64,000 nucleotides of DNA, from positions 21,395-85,394 of IMG/VR virus record IMGVR_UViG_3300005965_000004. One strand, given 5' to 3'. A program made the position numbers and the translations under genes. Shown piece by piece: positions 18,305 through 29,034 of the stretch. Every line of letters begins with the position of its first letter. Positions within the stretch are counted from its first letter, which is position 1. A model generated the notes under the pieces. That model had not been told where the DNA came from, did no database searches, and worked only from the letters and a program-made list of their open reading frames with translations. The stretch is from a virus.

Positions 18305-19297
18305 TCATACGAAAAACACCTTATCAAAAATAGAGTTTGTGAAGAAGGGTTCTAACTCTTCATAAGAAAAATTGTCTTTATTCATGTAAAGTAAAACATC
18401 ATTGATGTCCCATTTACTTCTCTTGGGTAGATTGTATGTCTTCATGAATTTCTTCCAACAGAAGACGTACTCTCCTTTAGTCAAGAGTTCTATGGTTTTT
18501 TTCTTAGTATCAAATGTTTCACAGTCATAATCTATAAGAAATCTCTTCTGCTTGAAAATCTTCAAGTTATCGTCGTATATCTTTACACCAGTAACAGCAA
18601 CTGAATTCTCGACGAAGATACTGTCAATGGGACCCTCTAACACAGTGACTGGTTTTTCTCTATCGACAAGGTAGTAGTTATATATGCTATTGTAATTTCC
18701 TGCTCTTGACAGATATTTTGGAGTCATGTAGTCATAAAGCGATCTTCCCTGGTAATAGTATATTTTACCTTTATCATCATAAAATGGTATAATAAGCCTA
18801 TTACGATACATCTCTCCAGTTGCCACATACCATTTACTCCAAACATCTTCTGGAATGTTTCTGTCAATACAAAACCTTATTGCTTTAGCGAAGAGTGGAG
18901 TTACACCACTCTTTATATGTACGAAGAATTTTGTTTGATCCTGCTCAGTACTTCTCTTTCTCGTTCTTCTTGCCTTTATATTTGGTAAATCTCTTTTCTT
19001 TTTATTGTCGTTTCTTCCAAGGACTTCTTTGAAGTAGTCCTTGTAGTATGAAGGGAAAAATTCCTTCATCCAAAAAATAACGGGTTTCTTGTAATAACAA
19101 TTGTGACAATAGTACATCCAAGGAGTCTTGTTTTTAAGAATGTATCCTCTTTTCTTTGATTTTGACTTTTGAGAATCTCCACATATATGACATCTGAAGT
19201 TGTAATAGTCATAGCTCTCAGTTACATTTTCCAATGAACTCAGAATTAGTCTTACTTGTCTTTCGAGAGCTATTTCATCAAAATCTGAAAAATTCAT
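18305..19297 (-). CDS. gp61: DNA primase
   Basis: NFRCHICGDSQKSKSKKRG, CHNC, RLIIPF, QGRSL, EGPIDS. Confidence 0.95.
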   Translation of the reverse strand: MNFSDFDEIALERQVRLILSSLENVTESYDYYNFRCHICGDSQKSKSKKRGYILKNKTPWMYYCHNCYYKKPVIFWMKEFFPSYYKDYFKEVLGRNDNKKKRDLPNIKARRTRKRSTEQDQTKFFVHIKSGVTPLFAKAIRFCIDRNIPEDVWSKWYVATGEMYRNRLIIPFYDDKGKIYYYQGRSLYDYMTPKYLSRAGNYNSIYNYYLVDREKPVTVLEGPIDSIFVENSVAVTGVKIYDDNLKIFKQKRFLIDYDCETFDTKKKTIELLTKGEYVFCWKKFMKTYNLPKRSKWDINDVLLYMNKDNFSYEELEPFFTNSIFDKVFFV

Positions 19298-19310
19298 AAA
19301 TTCTCCAAAA

Positions 19311-19343
19311 AGAAGGGGAGTGATGTATATTCACTCCCCTTCT
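19311..19343. terminator. Hairpin/terminator after gp32
   Basis: AGAAGGGGAGTGA...TCACTCCCCTTCT inverted repeat, T-run on the minus strand. Confidence 0.7.
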
Positions 19344-19366
19344 CCAATAAACAAACAACCATTCAA

Positions 19367-20254
19367 TTATTCTTCATCATTCTGTAAGTCATTGAAGAAA
19401 TCGTCATCCGATCCTTCAAATATTGATTCTTCTGCGATTGATTCAGAAGTTTCATTCTTGGTGTTGCTCTGCTCTGGTTTTGTTGTCGATGGCGCAGGAG
19501 TTGGTTGGTTTGTGTATGATGGATTTGGAGCACCAACAACTCTATTGAACTTACTTTCAAGTTCCCCATATTCCTTGAAATTGTCAGGAGAAACGAATTC
19601 AGACAAACTATAAAGACTTTTATCAATCTTTTCAATTTCAGCATCTGTTCCAACAGGTGAAGGATTGTCAAACTGACAAGAGTCATAGTTTGGCATATTC
19701 AAATTACCAACTTTGATCTTCTTGATAATCAACTTAAAGTCTGCTCCATCATAGTAGTCAAAAACCATGACAGGTTCTTCAATTGAGTCATCACCAGGAT
19801 TAATTCTTTCCATAATCTTATCATGAACTTTCTTTCCATATCTGTAAAGGAATACCTTTCCTTCGTTCTCTGGATGAGCTGGGTCCTTTACAACAAGGAT
19901 ATTGGAGTAGTAGTTCTGCTTTCTCTTTCTTTTTCTGGCAGTTTCCTGGTCACTGTCCCAAATTGCCGAGTTGGCCTTACAGACTGGACATTCCTTCTTC
20001 AATGTTGTTGGGCAATTCTCAATGTACCATCCACCAGGTCCCTTTACAGAGTGGCTATATGTACTTACAAATGGGATATCTGTGTCTGGTGATGGAAGGA
20101 ATCTGATAAGTGCCTGGGCAGTTCCATTGCTTGAGAATTCAGGGTAGTAAATTCTTTCGTCTTTATAAGAGTTTCCAGAATTACCCTTATCATTCTGTTC
20201 ACGGATTTTGTCCATTGTCTTTGACCAATCTCTACCGAATTTCTTTTTGTTCAT
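19367..20254 (-). CDS. gp32: Single-stranded DNA-binding protein
   Basis: IRFLP, WYIENCPTT, CPVC, PENEGKVF, acidic tail. Confidence 0.96.
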   Translation of the reverse strand: MNKKKFGRDWSKTMDKIREQNDKGNSGNSYKDERIYYPEFSSNGTAQALIRFLPSPDTDIPFVSTYSHSVKGPGGWYIENCPTTLKKECPVCKANSAIWDSDQETARKRKRKQNYYSNILVVKDPAHPENEGKVFLYRYGKKVHDKIMERINPGDDSIEEPVMVFDYYDGADFKLIIKKIKVGNLNMPNYDSCQFDNPSPVGTDAEIEKIDKSLYSLSEFVSPDNFKEYGELESKFNRVVGAPNPSYTNQPTPAPSTTKPEQSNTKNETSESIAEESIFEGSDDDFFNDLQNDEE

Positions 20255-20813
20255 TTAAGAACCTCCTTTGTGTTTCTTTTATCTTATTTGCTATTCTCTT
20301 AAATAGCTCGTACTCTCTATTATTAATTGTATCATATTCATCATTTTTTGTCAACATATTTTTTATGAAAAATCTTGGAGAAATATGCTTCTTTTTTGTC
20401 AATTCAAACACCACATTTGTCCCATCCTCCTTTATGTCAAAGAATTCTTTCATGCTTTTGAAATTTAGACTTTTATAAACCTCCCTTAACAAATGTAAAT
20501 CTTCATTATACCTTTTGTCACTTATCATTTCCTTGAAATCTTTCAAGTTTTTGTAGTTTACTTCACCAAGCTTTATAGACGTTTTACCCATCATGTACTG
20601 ATACAGAAGAAATATTGCCAAGTCACAAATGCTATAGTATCCGTTAGATATCTCACTATATATTCTCTTAGAACTAATTGCGTAGAATTTAGGAGCTTTT
20701 CTAAAGGCAGTCATACTAAGAAGTTTGAAAATGTCAATATCCTTCTTACCTTTTACAAAGTTCTTAGTGTTTACAATAACAGAAAAAACTCTCAAAGTAG
20801 AAGCGAATTCCAT
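20232..20813 (-). CDS. Probable helicase loader (gp59-like)
   Basis: Basic 193-aa protein directly upstream of gp32, as in T4 order 33-59-32. Mostly synteny. Confidence 0.5.
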   Translation of the reverse strand: MEFASTLRVFSVIVNTKNFVKGKKDIDIFKLLSMTAFRKAPKFYAISSKRIYSEISNGYYSICDLAIFLLYQYMMGKTSIKLGEVNYKNLKDFKEMISDKRYNEDLHLLREVYKSLNFKSMKEFFDIKEDGTNVVFELTKKKHISPRFFIKNMLTKNDEYDTINNREYELFKRIANKIKETQRRFLNEQKEIR

Positions 20814-20817
20814 ACAA

Positions 20818-21207
20818 CTACCCCAGTATTTGTTTCAGATTATTTTCGTCCAATTGAATAAAGTACTTTTTTGATAGTTCCTTTTTAAGTTCGTACTTTG
20901 TTTCTCCATCGAATGTATAGAGTATCTTCTTGAACTTGTTAAAGTTCTCTTCAAACAACACAATAATATCTACGAGATTAATGTTAACTTCTACCTTTGC
21001 CTTTCTTATTGTCTCGTTGAATTTACTCTGTTCAGAGGCACTCATTTTCTTACCATCAAAAATTTCCTTTAGATAATCGAAAGAATACCCTTTTCCTTCC
21101 ATCCAATTTAGAAATTCCTTTTTGAGTATGTCATTCACTAACTCAAACTCGTTTGTTTTTTCTGATATCTTACTTTGGTCAAATGTGTTTACTTGATGTT
21201 TAGCCAT
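20818..21207 (-). CDS. Probable late transcription coactivator (gp33-like)
   Basis: Synteny plus weak LVDIIVLFEEN...KYELKKEL resemblance. Confidence 0.45.
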   Translation of the reverse strand: MAKHQVNTFDQSKISEKTNEFELVNDILKKEFLNWMEGKGYSFDYLKEIFDGKKMSASEQSKFNETIRKAKVEVNINLVDIIVLFEENFNKFKKILYTFDGETKYELKKELSKKYFIQLDENNLKQILG

Positions 21208-21215
21208 TTAAACTC

Positions 21216-22625
21216 CTATTCAAAGTCAATCATTTTTTTGAACTTATCGTTTGTATCTTTACTTAAAACTCCCTTTGCGTCTTTAATAGCACTACTAACC
21301 TTTTTCTTCTTGTCTTTATCACTCGGAGGGTCTCTGGATATTGATCCAGTAGTATCTCCAACTTCTGTCTCCTCATCTTCAAAAACTCTCATCTTGTAAT
21401 AATCAACACAAACATTCATACCCTTCTTATTCAAACCATATCTGTTTTTCAGTACCATCCAATAGTACTTTCCAACTTTTCTTAAATCATTCGATTGAGT
21501 TACTCCAATTATAACATCAGCAGTTGCTGCTGTTCCAATGGAGTCAGATATATCAGTCAAATCTATTTCAGCACCACCAAAACCCTTACGGTTTGTCTGA
21601 ACTGCTGAAACGATAGGAAGAGACATCTCCACAGCAACTGCTCTTACTTCCTCTGAAATTCTCTTGACTTCAAGATATGTATTATCACCCTTGTTTTTAT
21701 GAATAGGGTTCATTATACCAAGATAGTCTATGAATATTATATCAGGAGTAAACTTCTTCCTAACCTTAAGCTCTTTTAGTAAATTTCTAATATGGTTGGC
21801 GTTGATAGATGTTGGTGGATATTCCTTTACTATTATCTTCTTACTGACTTGCTTTTTAACCTTTTCAAACTTAGAGTGAAACTTGTCTTTAGTCAATAGT
21901 TTCAAATCCTCAGTATTAACATCAAACATATTTGACATTATTCTTTCTGAGATTTTGTTTTCTGACATTTCACAAGACACATAAAGGACGTTCTTGTTTC
22001 TAAGAACACAATCAACAGCAAGAGAAGTCATTATCAAAGACTTACCCATATTGGTTTCGGCCATGAACAATGTCAATGACTTTTCATGGAATCCACCTTC
22101 TATTATCCTATTGAGAATACCGATAGAGGTTGGTATCACTCTGTCAACATCATGTAGGAACTTATACAATCTTTCTTCCTCTTCCATAAAATCAAGTCCA
22201 ACTTTAGAGTCAAAACTAAAAGCTATTGCTTCTCTCAACTGATCTGGAGTCTTCTTAATATCATCTATTTTTTTGTTACTGAGATTCACAGCAATATCAA
22301 CATTGATGTTATGAATCAACTTTTCTCTCATAAATTCTTCTATCTCTTCCAACAAGAAATCTGACTGATATTCAGAAACATCAGTCTCCATAATTTCTAA
22401 TAATCTTTTGTACACACTCTCATTATCAAGTTCAAGACGCATTTCGGGAACTGTTGGAAATCTCTCAAATTTTTCATACATTTTTATGACAGACTTTATC
22501 AACTGAACGTTCTTATGATCTTCAAAAAGTTCAGGGACAAGAAACGGCATAACCTTGTCCCTAACATTCTCGATTGTAAAAAGAAACTTTATGAGAACAT
22601 TTTCAAAGAATACAGCTTCTTTCAT
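21216..22625 (-). CDS. gp41: Replicative helicase
   Basis: AETNMGKS, KEYP, IDYL, QTNR, LKNRYG. Confidence 0.95.
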   Translation of the reverse strand: MKEAVFFENVLIKFLFTIENVRDKVMPFLVPELFEDHKNVQLIKSVIKMYEKFERFPTVPEMRLELDNESVYKRLLEIMETDVSEYQSDFLLEEIEEFMREKLIHNINVDIAVNLSNKKIDDIKKTPDQLREAIAFSFDSKVGLDFMEEEERLYKFLHDVDRVIPTSIGILNRIIEGGFHEKSLTLFMAETNMGKSLIMTSLAVDCVLRNKNVLYVSCEMSENKISERIMSNMFDVNTEDLKLLTKDKFHSKFEKVKKQVSKKIIVKEYPPTSINANHIRNLLKELKVRKKFTPDIIFIDYLGIMNPIHKNKGDNTYLEVKRISEEVRAVAVEMSLPIVSAVQTNRKGFGGAEIDLTDISDSIGTAATADVIIGVTQSNDLRKVGKYYWMVLKNRYGLNKKGMNVCVDYYKMRVFEDEETEVGDTTGSISRDPPSDKDKKKKVSSAIKDAKGVLSKDTNDKFKKMIDFE

Positions 22626-22628
22626 ATA

Positions 22629-23720
22629 TTATTTCTTTCCTTTTTTAGATTTATTCTCTTCTTTGTCCATTATACTTAGAGCTTCATCCTTTGTAGCAAT
22701 ATCTATTGGTGTTTTGTAAGTATATTTCTTTTCTAACCAATTCTTGAACTCAGTATCCTTGAAAACTGGTAACCAAAAATCTGAATTGTATATCTCACTT
22801 TCTCTGTGCTTTTTATCATTCTCTACACAAGTTCTGGTGTAATATCCAACAGTTGGTTTTTCTACAACTCCAGCTTCTAAAGCATCCGGTAATATTCCAT
22901 AGAATATATCAAGACCACCTTCAACTTTGATTCTGAATTGAATTCTGGAATTCATCTTGCTCCATCTTGACTTGTAAGTTTCAGCAGTAACAATATAACC
23001 AGTTATATTTTTCTTGGCATCCTTCTCTTTTGCCATACTTCTACCAAGAACAATTGCTTCACTATTGAACTCTATCTTTCTTCCACCAGGAATTTTTAGA
23101 GTATCTCCCATTCCACCAGTATTATCATAAACGTGATTGACTACAAAGAATGTTGCTCTTTGATTTATCATTATATTAGCAAGATTGTTTTTCTTTTTGG
23201 GGATTGTAAAATCTGCAGCATCGTTACCTGATCTCGCGTTATCAACCGTCTTTGATGTTACCAATGAACCCCAACTATCTATAACAAACAAAATATTCTT
23301 TCTCTCGCTCTTTGGAATTTCATCACAAATCGTTACAATAATTCCTTGAACGTCCTCAATACTATTTTCTTGAAGAACAACAAGTTTTTCTGGACTAATA
23401 TCAATACCAATAGATTGTGCGAATGAAAAGTTGAATGCTCTCTCAGTATCAATAATACAAACTTGCATTCCATTCTTTTGAGCATTCTTGACAAGTCCAT
23501 ATGCTACGAAAGACTTTCCAAGCATTGAAGGTGCTGAAATCATTGAAATTCTACCAATTGGAATTCCTCCGTCAATCCTCCCACTGTATAGTAGGTTCAA
23601 AGATATTACATTGGTAGACAGAAAATCTATCTTCTCATCTTCTGTAAAGAGATATGATGATAGCGCTGGACTATCTTTAGTCTCTTTGTCTTTTAGAATA
23701 ATCTCATACAAATTTTTCAT
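22629..23720 (-). CDS. uvsX: RecA-like recombinase
   Basis: APSMLGKS, DTERA, IDSWG, VNHVY, PGG. Confidence 0.93.
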   Translation of the reverse strand: MKNLYEIILKDKETKDSPALSSYLFTEDEKIDFLSTNVISLNLLYSGRIDGGIPIGRISMISAPSMLGKSFVAYGLVKNAQKNGMQVCIIDTERAFNFSFAQSIGIDISPEKLVVLQENSIEDVQGIIVTICDEIPKSERKNILFVIDSWGSLVTSKTVDNARSGNDAADFTIPKKKNNLANIMINQRATFFVVNHVYDNTGGMGDTLKIPGGRKIEFNSEAIVLGRSMAKEKDAKKNITGYIVTAETYKSRWSKMNSRIQFRIKVEGGLDIFYGILPDALEAGVVEKPTVGYYTRTCVENDKKHRESEIYNSDFWLPVFKDTEFKNWLEKKYTYKTPIDIATKDEALSIMDKEENKSKKGKK

Positions 23721-23738
23721 AAATCCTCCTTTTATATG

Positions 23739-23767
23739 ATTATATCATATTATTTCTGTTTTGTCAA
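23739..23767 (-). promoter_or_regulatory. sigma70 promoter upstream of uvsX
   Basis: TTGACA-17-TATAAT with TGn extension. Confidence 0.8.
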
Positions 23768-23769
23768 TA

Positions 23770-25167
23770 TCAAAACTCAATGAAGTCAGATAAACTGTTC
23801 TCTTCTATTTCTATCTCACCCCACCCGAGAACATTGAAGAATCTCTGTATTGCGTTTTGAAAAACCTTCTTCCATTGCTCCTCTGTGTCAATATAAAACA
23901 AATCATCAAACTCCTTTGGCCACTCATTCACAAAGCCAATTACATTCTGATGAATTTCGTTCTTATGAGGAGCAACATAAATGTACTTCATTTTAGTTCC
24001 ATTATTGACAGGCATCAATGGAAGATCATTCTTAGCAACAACGAAATTATAATTCATAGCAGCTCTGACATGAATCGGTAAATGTTTTGGATAACTTATC
24101 TCGTTGTTCTCAATATACTTTTCAACTGGTTCAGCATATTTTGTGTAATCTTTTATACCAGTTGGGTTGGCAATATCAGAAGGACCAGCTTCAAGAAATT
24201 CATTATGAATCTTTCTAAGCTTTGTCAATACGGCTTCCTTGTCCTTTCCACGCACATTGAATATTTTTCTTATAACACCCATAATCCTTTCACGACTAAA
24301 TTGAGGAGTGTCAGTTCTAACAACCTCAATTCCAGTGATTGATATTTTTGGTTCATCAATGTAAAGCTTATCTTCATTGGCAATAACTTCATCAGCATAT
24401 TTCTTCTTAGCAAGTATGAACTTCTGTGTTATAATCTTTTCTCTCTTGAAGTCAATCAACTGAGGAACTCCATAGTTATTGGCATAGATTTTTAGAATCT
24501 TGTCAAAGAATGGTTTGAAAAATCTTTCATCAAGATCGTCAACCCAATCATAAAATTCCTGATTATTCTTGAATTCCAGACCCATGTTTCTAACAATTTC
24601 CTGAAGACAAACATAGCTGGAGTCAGTATCTATAAGTATCACAACATCTTTTTCCAAAGGTTTCCAATCACATTTTGCGTATGGATAGAGCTTAGGACCA
24701 ATTTCGTGCCACTTTTGCTTCATGTAGTTGTTGAGAGTATTTGATAAATATCTAATCAAGTCCTGTCCGCTCAATGTAACAGCGATAGCATTGTTCACAT
24801 TGAAAAAGTTGAAGAAAGGATTTCCAAGAACTCCATACACTGAGTTGATAAGAATCTTTCTGATTAGCTGTTGAGAGTCATAATATTCCGATGTCTCACC
24901 TTCTGATTTGACAGCATCAATAAGCTCTTGTGGATAACCTTCAAGACTTCTACCTTTTGCGATAGCATCAGCAATGAATCCCTTCTTCTTCAAAGTCTTT
25001 CTTTCGTTGTAAATATCGCTTACAATCTCTGCCATGACTCCCCTTTTATCTTTACGATAATAGATTCCACCACACTCAAAATCACCGTTAACTGTTTCCC
25101 ATGATTTCCATTTGGAAAGAGGACATTTGTAATTTTTACTTAATTTGAAATTTTTTCCTTCAACCAT
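23770..25167 (-). CDS. gp43: Family B DNA polymerase, C-terminal piece (3 of 3)
   Basis: KILINSVYG (motif B), IDTDS (motif C), KKKY, clamp-binding SLSDFIEF tail. Confidence 0.92.
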   Translation of the reverse strand: MVEGKNFKLSKNYKCPLSKWKSWETVNGDFECGGIYYRKDKRGVMAEIVSDIYNERKTLKKKGFIADAIAKGRSLEGYPQELIDAVKSEGETSEYYDSQQLIRKILINSVYGVLGNPFFNFFNVNNAIAVTLSGQDLIRYLSNTLNNYMKQKWHEIGPKLYPYAKCDWKPLEKDVVILIDTDSSYVCLQEIVRNMGLEFKNNQEFYDWVDDLDERFFKPFFDKILKIYANNYGVPQLIDFKREKIITQKFILAKKKYADEVIANEDKLYIDEPKISITGIEVVRTDTPQFSRERIMGVIRKIFNVRGKDKEAVLTKLRKIHNEFLEAGPSDIANPTGIKDYTKYAEPVEKYIENNEISYPKHLPIHVRAAMNYNFVVAKNDLPLMPVNNGTKMKYIYVAPHKNEIHQNVIGFVNEWPKEFDDLFYIDTEEQWKKVFQNAIQRFFNVLGWGEIEIEENSLSDFIEF

Positions 25168-26057
25168 TTATTAAGCTCCATCTTTATGTTTTGTTTATAA
25201 GATATTCTTATTAGTTCAATATTATTATCTTGACAAAATACATTCTTTATTTTATCACATTCCTGTTGTCTACAAAATTTTTTGTAGCTACCAAAACAAG
25301 GAACATGATAAAAATGTTGTATACCATCATATTCAATACATGTATTATACTCTGGAATATAAAAGTCAAAAGATAATTTTCTTTTGTTACTACAACCGTC
25401 AAAATTGTATTGACTAATAAACTCTATTTTATTATCTTTGAGAAATTTTTCAATTACAATTTCACCTTTGGATAATTTACAGATAGGACAACCATTTTTA
25501 TGATGAATGTGTGAATTATAACTTTGCCAGAATTCACCATGTTTAGGACAAATGATACAAACTTTTTTTAAACTACTTACATATTCAACTTTTGAGTAAT
25601 CATACTTGTTACCGTGAACTTTTTTAGCTTTATCTATAAATATTTCATTATTAAAAGAATGTTTTGAAATATGATTATCAACCATACAAATAGGACATCC
25701 ATGTCCTCTTAAATGGTTTTGTGGCTCTTGTAAAAATATACCGTGATTTTTACAAATTATAGCAACTTTGGTATGGTTGTTGACATAATCAACTTGACTA
25801 TAATCATACTTTTCTCCATGAACTTTTTTAGCTTTTTTTATGAATACATTATGATTCATAGTTCTATTGTCAATAGCACATAAAGGGCAACCATATTTTC
25901 TAATATGATTAGACGGCAATTGTTCAAAAATTCCATGTTTTTCGCATTTGATTTTTACCAAAGTCCTACTATTAACGTAATCAACTTGACTATAATCATA
26001 CTTTTCTCCATGAACTTTTTTAGCTTTCTCTACAAATATTTTCTTATTCCACTTCAC
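25140..26057 (-). mobile_element. Free-standing homing endonuclease (Zn-ribbon repeats plus Vsr/PD-(D/E)xK-like domain) inside gp43
   Basis: Three KVHG.KYDYS.V.Y...C..HG.F...GCP.C repeats, then SKGE...FDFY...IEYDG.QH. Confidence 0.88.
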
Positions 26058-26090
26058 AAGATTCTCCTAATGATGTTATAACAATGTATT

Positions 26091-27215
26091 CTATTTAGAA
26101 GTATTTATATAAATAACATCATTTTCTTGTAAATCTTTGACAAATTTTTTAATATATCCTTTAGAACTTTCAACCAAAATTTCATCATTACCATCAAAAA
26201 AATAATCTTTGTCTTTATAAGTTAATGTGTATTCTTTATCACAAATTGTTTCCGGGCTTATATTGTAAGTCATAATTTCGTGAGGATACATAGAAGCAAC
26301 ATCAAAAGAAACAACATACTCATAGAATCCTGGTTTTGCCATAACATACGCCCCAGGAAACTTTTTGTTCTTCTCCGTGTTTATTCTATCTGGGAAAACG
26401 ATATTCCTTTCATGAAGATATCTCAGCATGTATCCAGTCACAAGAGTTATAGAAGAGAATATTCTTTCAAATGGTATCAATGCCTGATAACAGAACTGGA
26501 TTGTGAGCTTGATATGCTTTTTCTTATCCTCTATCTTCTTACAAAGTAGAACGTCTTGTATGTTATACTCCACAAATTCATTCCACTGCTTCCAAGCAGT
26601 ATTGACAGTTCCCTCCAAGTCCTTCTTACCTTCATTGACTTCCAACTTTCCTATAAACTGAAGAGAATATCTTTCTCTTTTGGTATAAACAAAGTTCTTG
26701 TATAATTCCAATCCATCAAGAATAGAAATACCAGGTATGATAAAACCACCACCTTCTATATGATAGCCACCAGTTTTTCTCTGAACGTAATCAAGATTTA
26801 TTGGAGACAGTAGAGTTTCTATTTTAAGATTTCTACACCTGTTGACAATGTATGGAACGTCGAATCCCATAACATTCCAACCAGTTAGAATATCAACACT
26901 CTTCTTTCTGAAGTGTTTTATAAATCTCTCTAACATCGTCTTTTCATCTGGACAATAGTGATAGTTTTTTACCAGAGGACTATCGCCAGTATAAGGTCTT
27001 GTACCAAATGTATAAACCTCATCTTCCTTAGAATAGTGTATAGATATTAGATTGATTGGGAATTTGGCATCTTCTGGTTTGGGGAACTCTGAATTTGAGT
27101 AATAACAACTATCTTTGAAATTACACCATTTTTGTTTCTTCTCATCCCAAACTTCATAATCATTTTTATCATTTTTGGTTTCAAATTCACTTATTGTAAT
27201 AAACTCTTCATTCAT
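26091..27215 (-). CDS. gp43: Family B DNA polymerase, middle piece (2 of 3)
   Basis: FPKPEDA, TGWNVMGFDVPY (ExoII), YNIQDV (ExoIII), SFDVASMYP and NISPET (motif A). Confidence 0.92.
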   Translation of the reverse strand: MNEEFITISEFETKNDKNDYEVWDEKKQKWCNFKDSCYYSNSEFPKPEDAKFPINLISIHYSKEDEVYTFGTRPYTGDSPLVKNYHYCPDEKTMLERFIKHFRKKSVDILTGWNVMGFDVPYIVNRCRNLKIETLLSPINLDYVQRKTGGYHIEGGGFIIPGISILDGLELYKNFVYTKRERYSLQFIGKLEVNEGKKDLEGTVNTAWKQWNEFVEYNIQDVLLCKKIEDKKKHIKLTIQFCYQALIPFERIFSSITLVTGYMLRYLHERNIVFPDRINTEKNKKFPGAYVMAKPGFYEYVVSFDVASMYPHEIMTYNISPETICDKEYTLTYKDKDYFFDGNDEILVESSKGYIKKFVKDLQENDVIYINTSK

Positions 27216-27219
27216 ATAA

Positions 27220-27400
27220 TTTATTTTCCTTTTAAATATTTTTCTCTTAGGTTTTTCATTCTTTTGTACATTTTAGGATTTTTATTTTGTAAAAAATTTT
27301 CAAATTCTAAATCAGTCATTTTAGCATATTTTTCACCCATTATTTTTTGTTGATTAGTTTTTGTCCTTTTTTTTATTTTTAGATATAGATTTTCCTCATC
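27220..27400 (-). pseudogene. Probable homing endonuclease remnant at the first polymerase break
   Basis: Very AT-rich spacer with short ORF MGEKYAKMTDLEFENFL...REKYLKGK. Confidence 0.4.
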
Positions 27401-27810
27401 TATCTTTTTTTTCTTATTTTAATTTTATGATTTTGATCAAATCCAGTATATCCAGCTTCAACCTCGATGTCTATCGTAGCTATTTGAAAGTTATTCAAAT
27501 CAGCTTTTAATTTTTTTCCTTTATATCTTTTCTGTAGGAATTTAACGTCTTCGGGTATGTCTGTTTCACAAGTCTTCGTACAAGATGCCACTTGCTTCAT
27601 TGACTGTCGTGAATCACTTGACTGCGGCATTACTCTATTGCCGTAAATATCTCTGAATTCTTCTTGTTGGTTTGATTCTCCCAAAGTATCATTGTATGGA
27701 ACATAATACTCGAACATTGGATGGAAGTCGTGCTTTTTTCTTTTTCCGTTTTCATATTCATTACAATATAATCTGTTTTTGTATGAGTCGTAATATATAC
27801 GAGTAAACAT
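27400..27810 (-). CDS. gp43: Family B DNA polymerase, N-terminal piece (1 of 3)
   Basis: gp43-like N-terminal domain ending at ExoI IDIEVE. GGAGG RBS. Confidence 0.85.
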   Translation of the reverse strand: MFTRIYYDSYKNRLYCNEYENGKRKKHDFHPMFEYYVPYNDTLGESNQQEEFRDIYGNRVMPQSSDSRQSMKQVASCTKTCETDIPEDVKFLQKRYKGKKLKADLNNFQIATIDIEVEAGYTGFDQNHKIKIRKKR

Positions 27811-27976
27811 TCATCCTCCTAAGACTTTTGAAATTCTTCTCTGTAAACCATCATTTCCGATATTGATTCCAAATATAACAACATGATAACATATTTTCGA
27901 AAAGATGTAAAGAGCAAATTTACAAAAGCAAGCCCACAAAATCATAAACAAACAAAAAAACAAAATATTTTCCATA

Positions 27977-28240
27977 TTAGGCCCCTTCTATATCTCCGTT
28001 TTGTTCGATTGCTTCGTCCTCTCTCTTGTCGAGATATCTTCTTCTAAACTCATCAGCACAATGTTGAGCAGCATAAACACAGTCATGAAGATTTGAATAT
28101 CTATATTCCTTATCAGACATGTACTTGTTCATCAGACTGAAAATACAATACTCCAATTCACCTTTGGTTTCAATTTCATCAATCTCCCAGAGAGCACCAT
28201 CATACTTATCTCTATCTTCCTTCTTTATGTAAGGCATCAT
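27977..28240 (-). CDS. Conserved phage hypothetical protein (DUF6899-like)
   Basis: MPYI...GELEY...EFRRR...NGDI pattern. Confidence 0.6.
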   Translation of the reverse strand: MMPYIKKEDRDKYDGALWEIDEIETKGELEYCIFSLMNKYMSDKEYRYSNLHDCVYAAQHCADEFRRRYLDKREDEAIEQNGDIEGA

Positions 28241-28289
28241 CTACCTCCTTGGCTTCAATTGTCAATTTCTTTTCATTATAAACTCATAT

Positions 28290-28769
28290 TCAATATATAG
28301 CCGAATGCCACGATTTGTAAAATTCGTTAATGATTTTCTTTTCTATCAGTTCTTCAACACTCTTAACATACCACGAAACTGTGTTTGTTACAAATGGATG
28401 ATTTTCCCAAACAACATCATCTGTTATCATTATGACTGGTTTTCTCCAATCATATGCCCATGCAAGTTCATAAACTGTTCCAAGCAAAGGCCTATCTTGA
28501 CCAAAAGTATCTGTATTGACAATCAACAAGTCTGCTTTTCTAACACAATTATAATCTTTGTGTACAATAGCATTTGGTGGGAAAACACCTTTCAATCCGT
28601 TAGATGAAATTTCATTGAAGTTCTCTCCATTCAAAGGGTCTAACCAGTTAATTGGGTAACGACCAGATGGCCAGTTGTCATATGTTTCTCTAATATTTTT
28701 ACGCCAAGCAACACACTTATCAATGACACTGCCTTGAATGTAGCCAGCCAAATAAACTTTCATTGACAT
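28290..28769 (-). CDS. Nucleoside 2-deoxyribosyltransferase-like / NMP N-glycosidase
   Basis: VYLAG, LDP, ADLLIV, GTVYELAWA...KPVI, HPFV. Confidence 0.8.
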   Translation of the reverse strand: MSMKVYLAGYIQGSVIDKCVAWRKNIRETYDNWPSGRYPINWLDPLNGENFNEISSNGLKGVFPPNAIVHKDYNCVRKADLLIVNTDTFGQDRPLLGTVYELAWAYDWRKPVIMITDDVVWENHPFVTNTVSWYVKSVEELIEKKIINEFYKSWHSAIY

Positions 28770-28791
28770 ATTAAACCTCCGTTCAATAAAA

Positions 28792-28995
28792 TTAAATTAA
28801 CCAAAGACCTTCTTCATCCCAGTATTTTATCAAGTCTTGAAACTTACTAATAACAACTTCTGGTTTAGAAGGGTCTTCAAATTGAAAAACTAAACAACAA
28901 CCAGGTCTACCAGAAGTAAATTTTAGAACTTCTGGACATTGATTTTCTCTTTCGATACGAATACATTGCCAAGTCAAAAAAAGATTGTACGGCAT
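28792..28995 (-). CDS. Hypothetical protein
   Basis: Short in-operon ORF, start uncertain. Confidence 0.45.
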   Translation of the reverse strand: MPYNLFLTWQCIRIERENQCPEVLKFTSGRPGCCLVFQFEDPSKPEVVISKFQDLIKYWDEEGLWLI

Positions 28996-29034
28996 CTGCT
29001 TCTGGTTGACTATTCCAATGCTTAATCTTTACTT

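Noticed and set aside
25140-27400. Group I introns or canonical split inteins in gp43
   Set aside because: Spacers are too short or AT-rich for a ribozyme core, and catalytic intein residues are missing. A CM scan should confirm.
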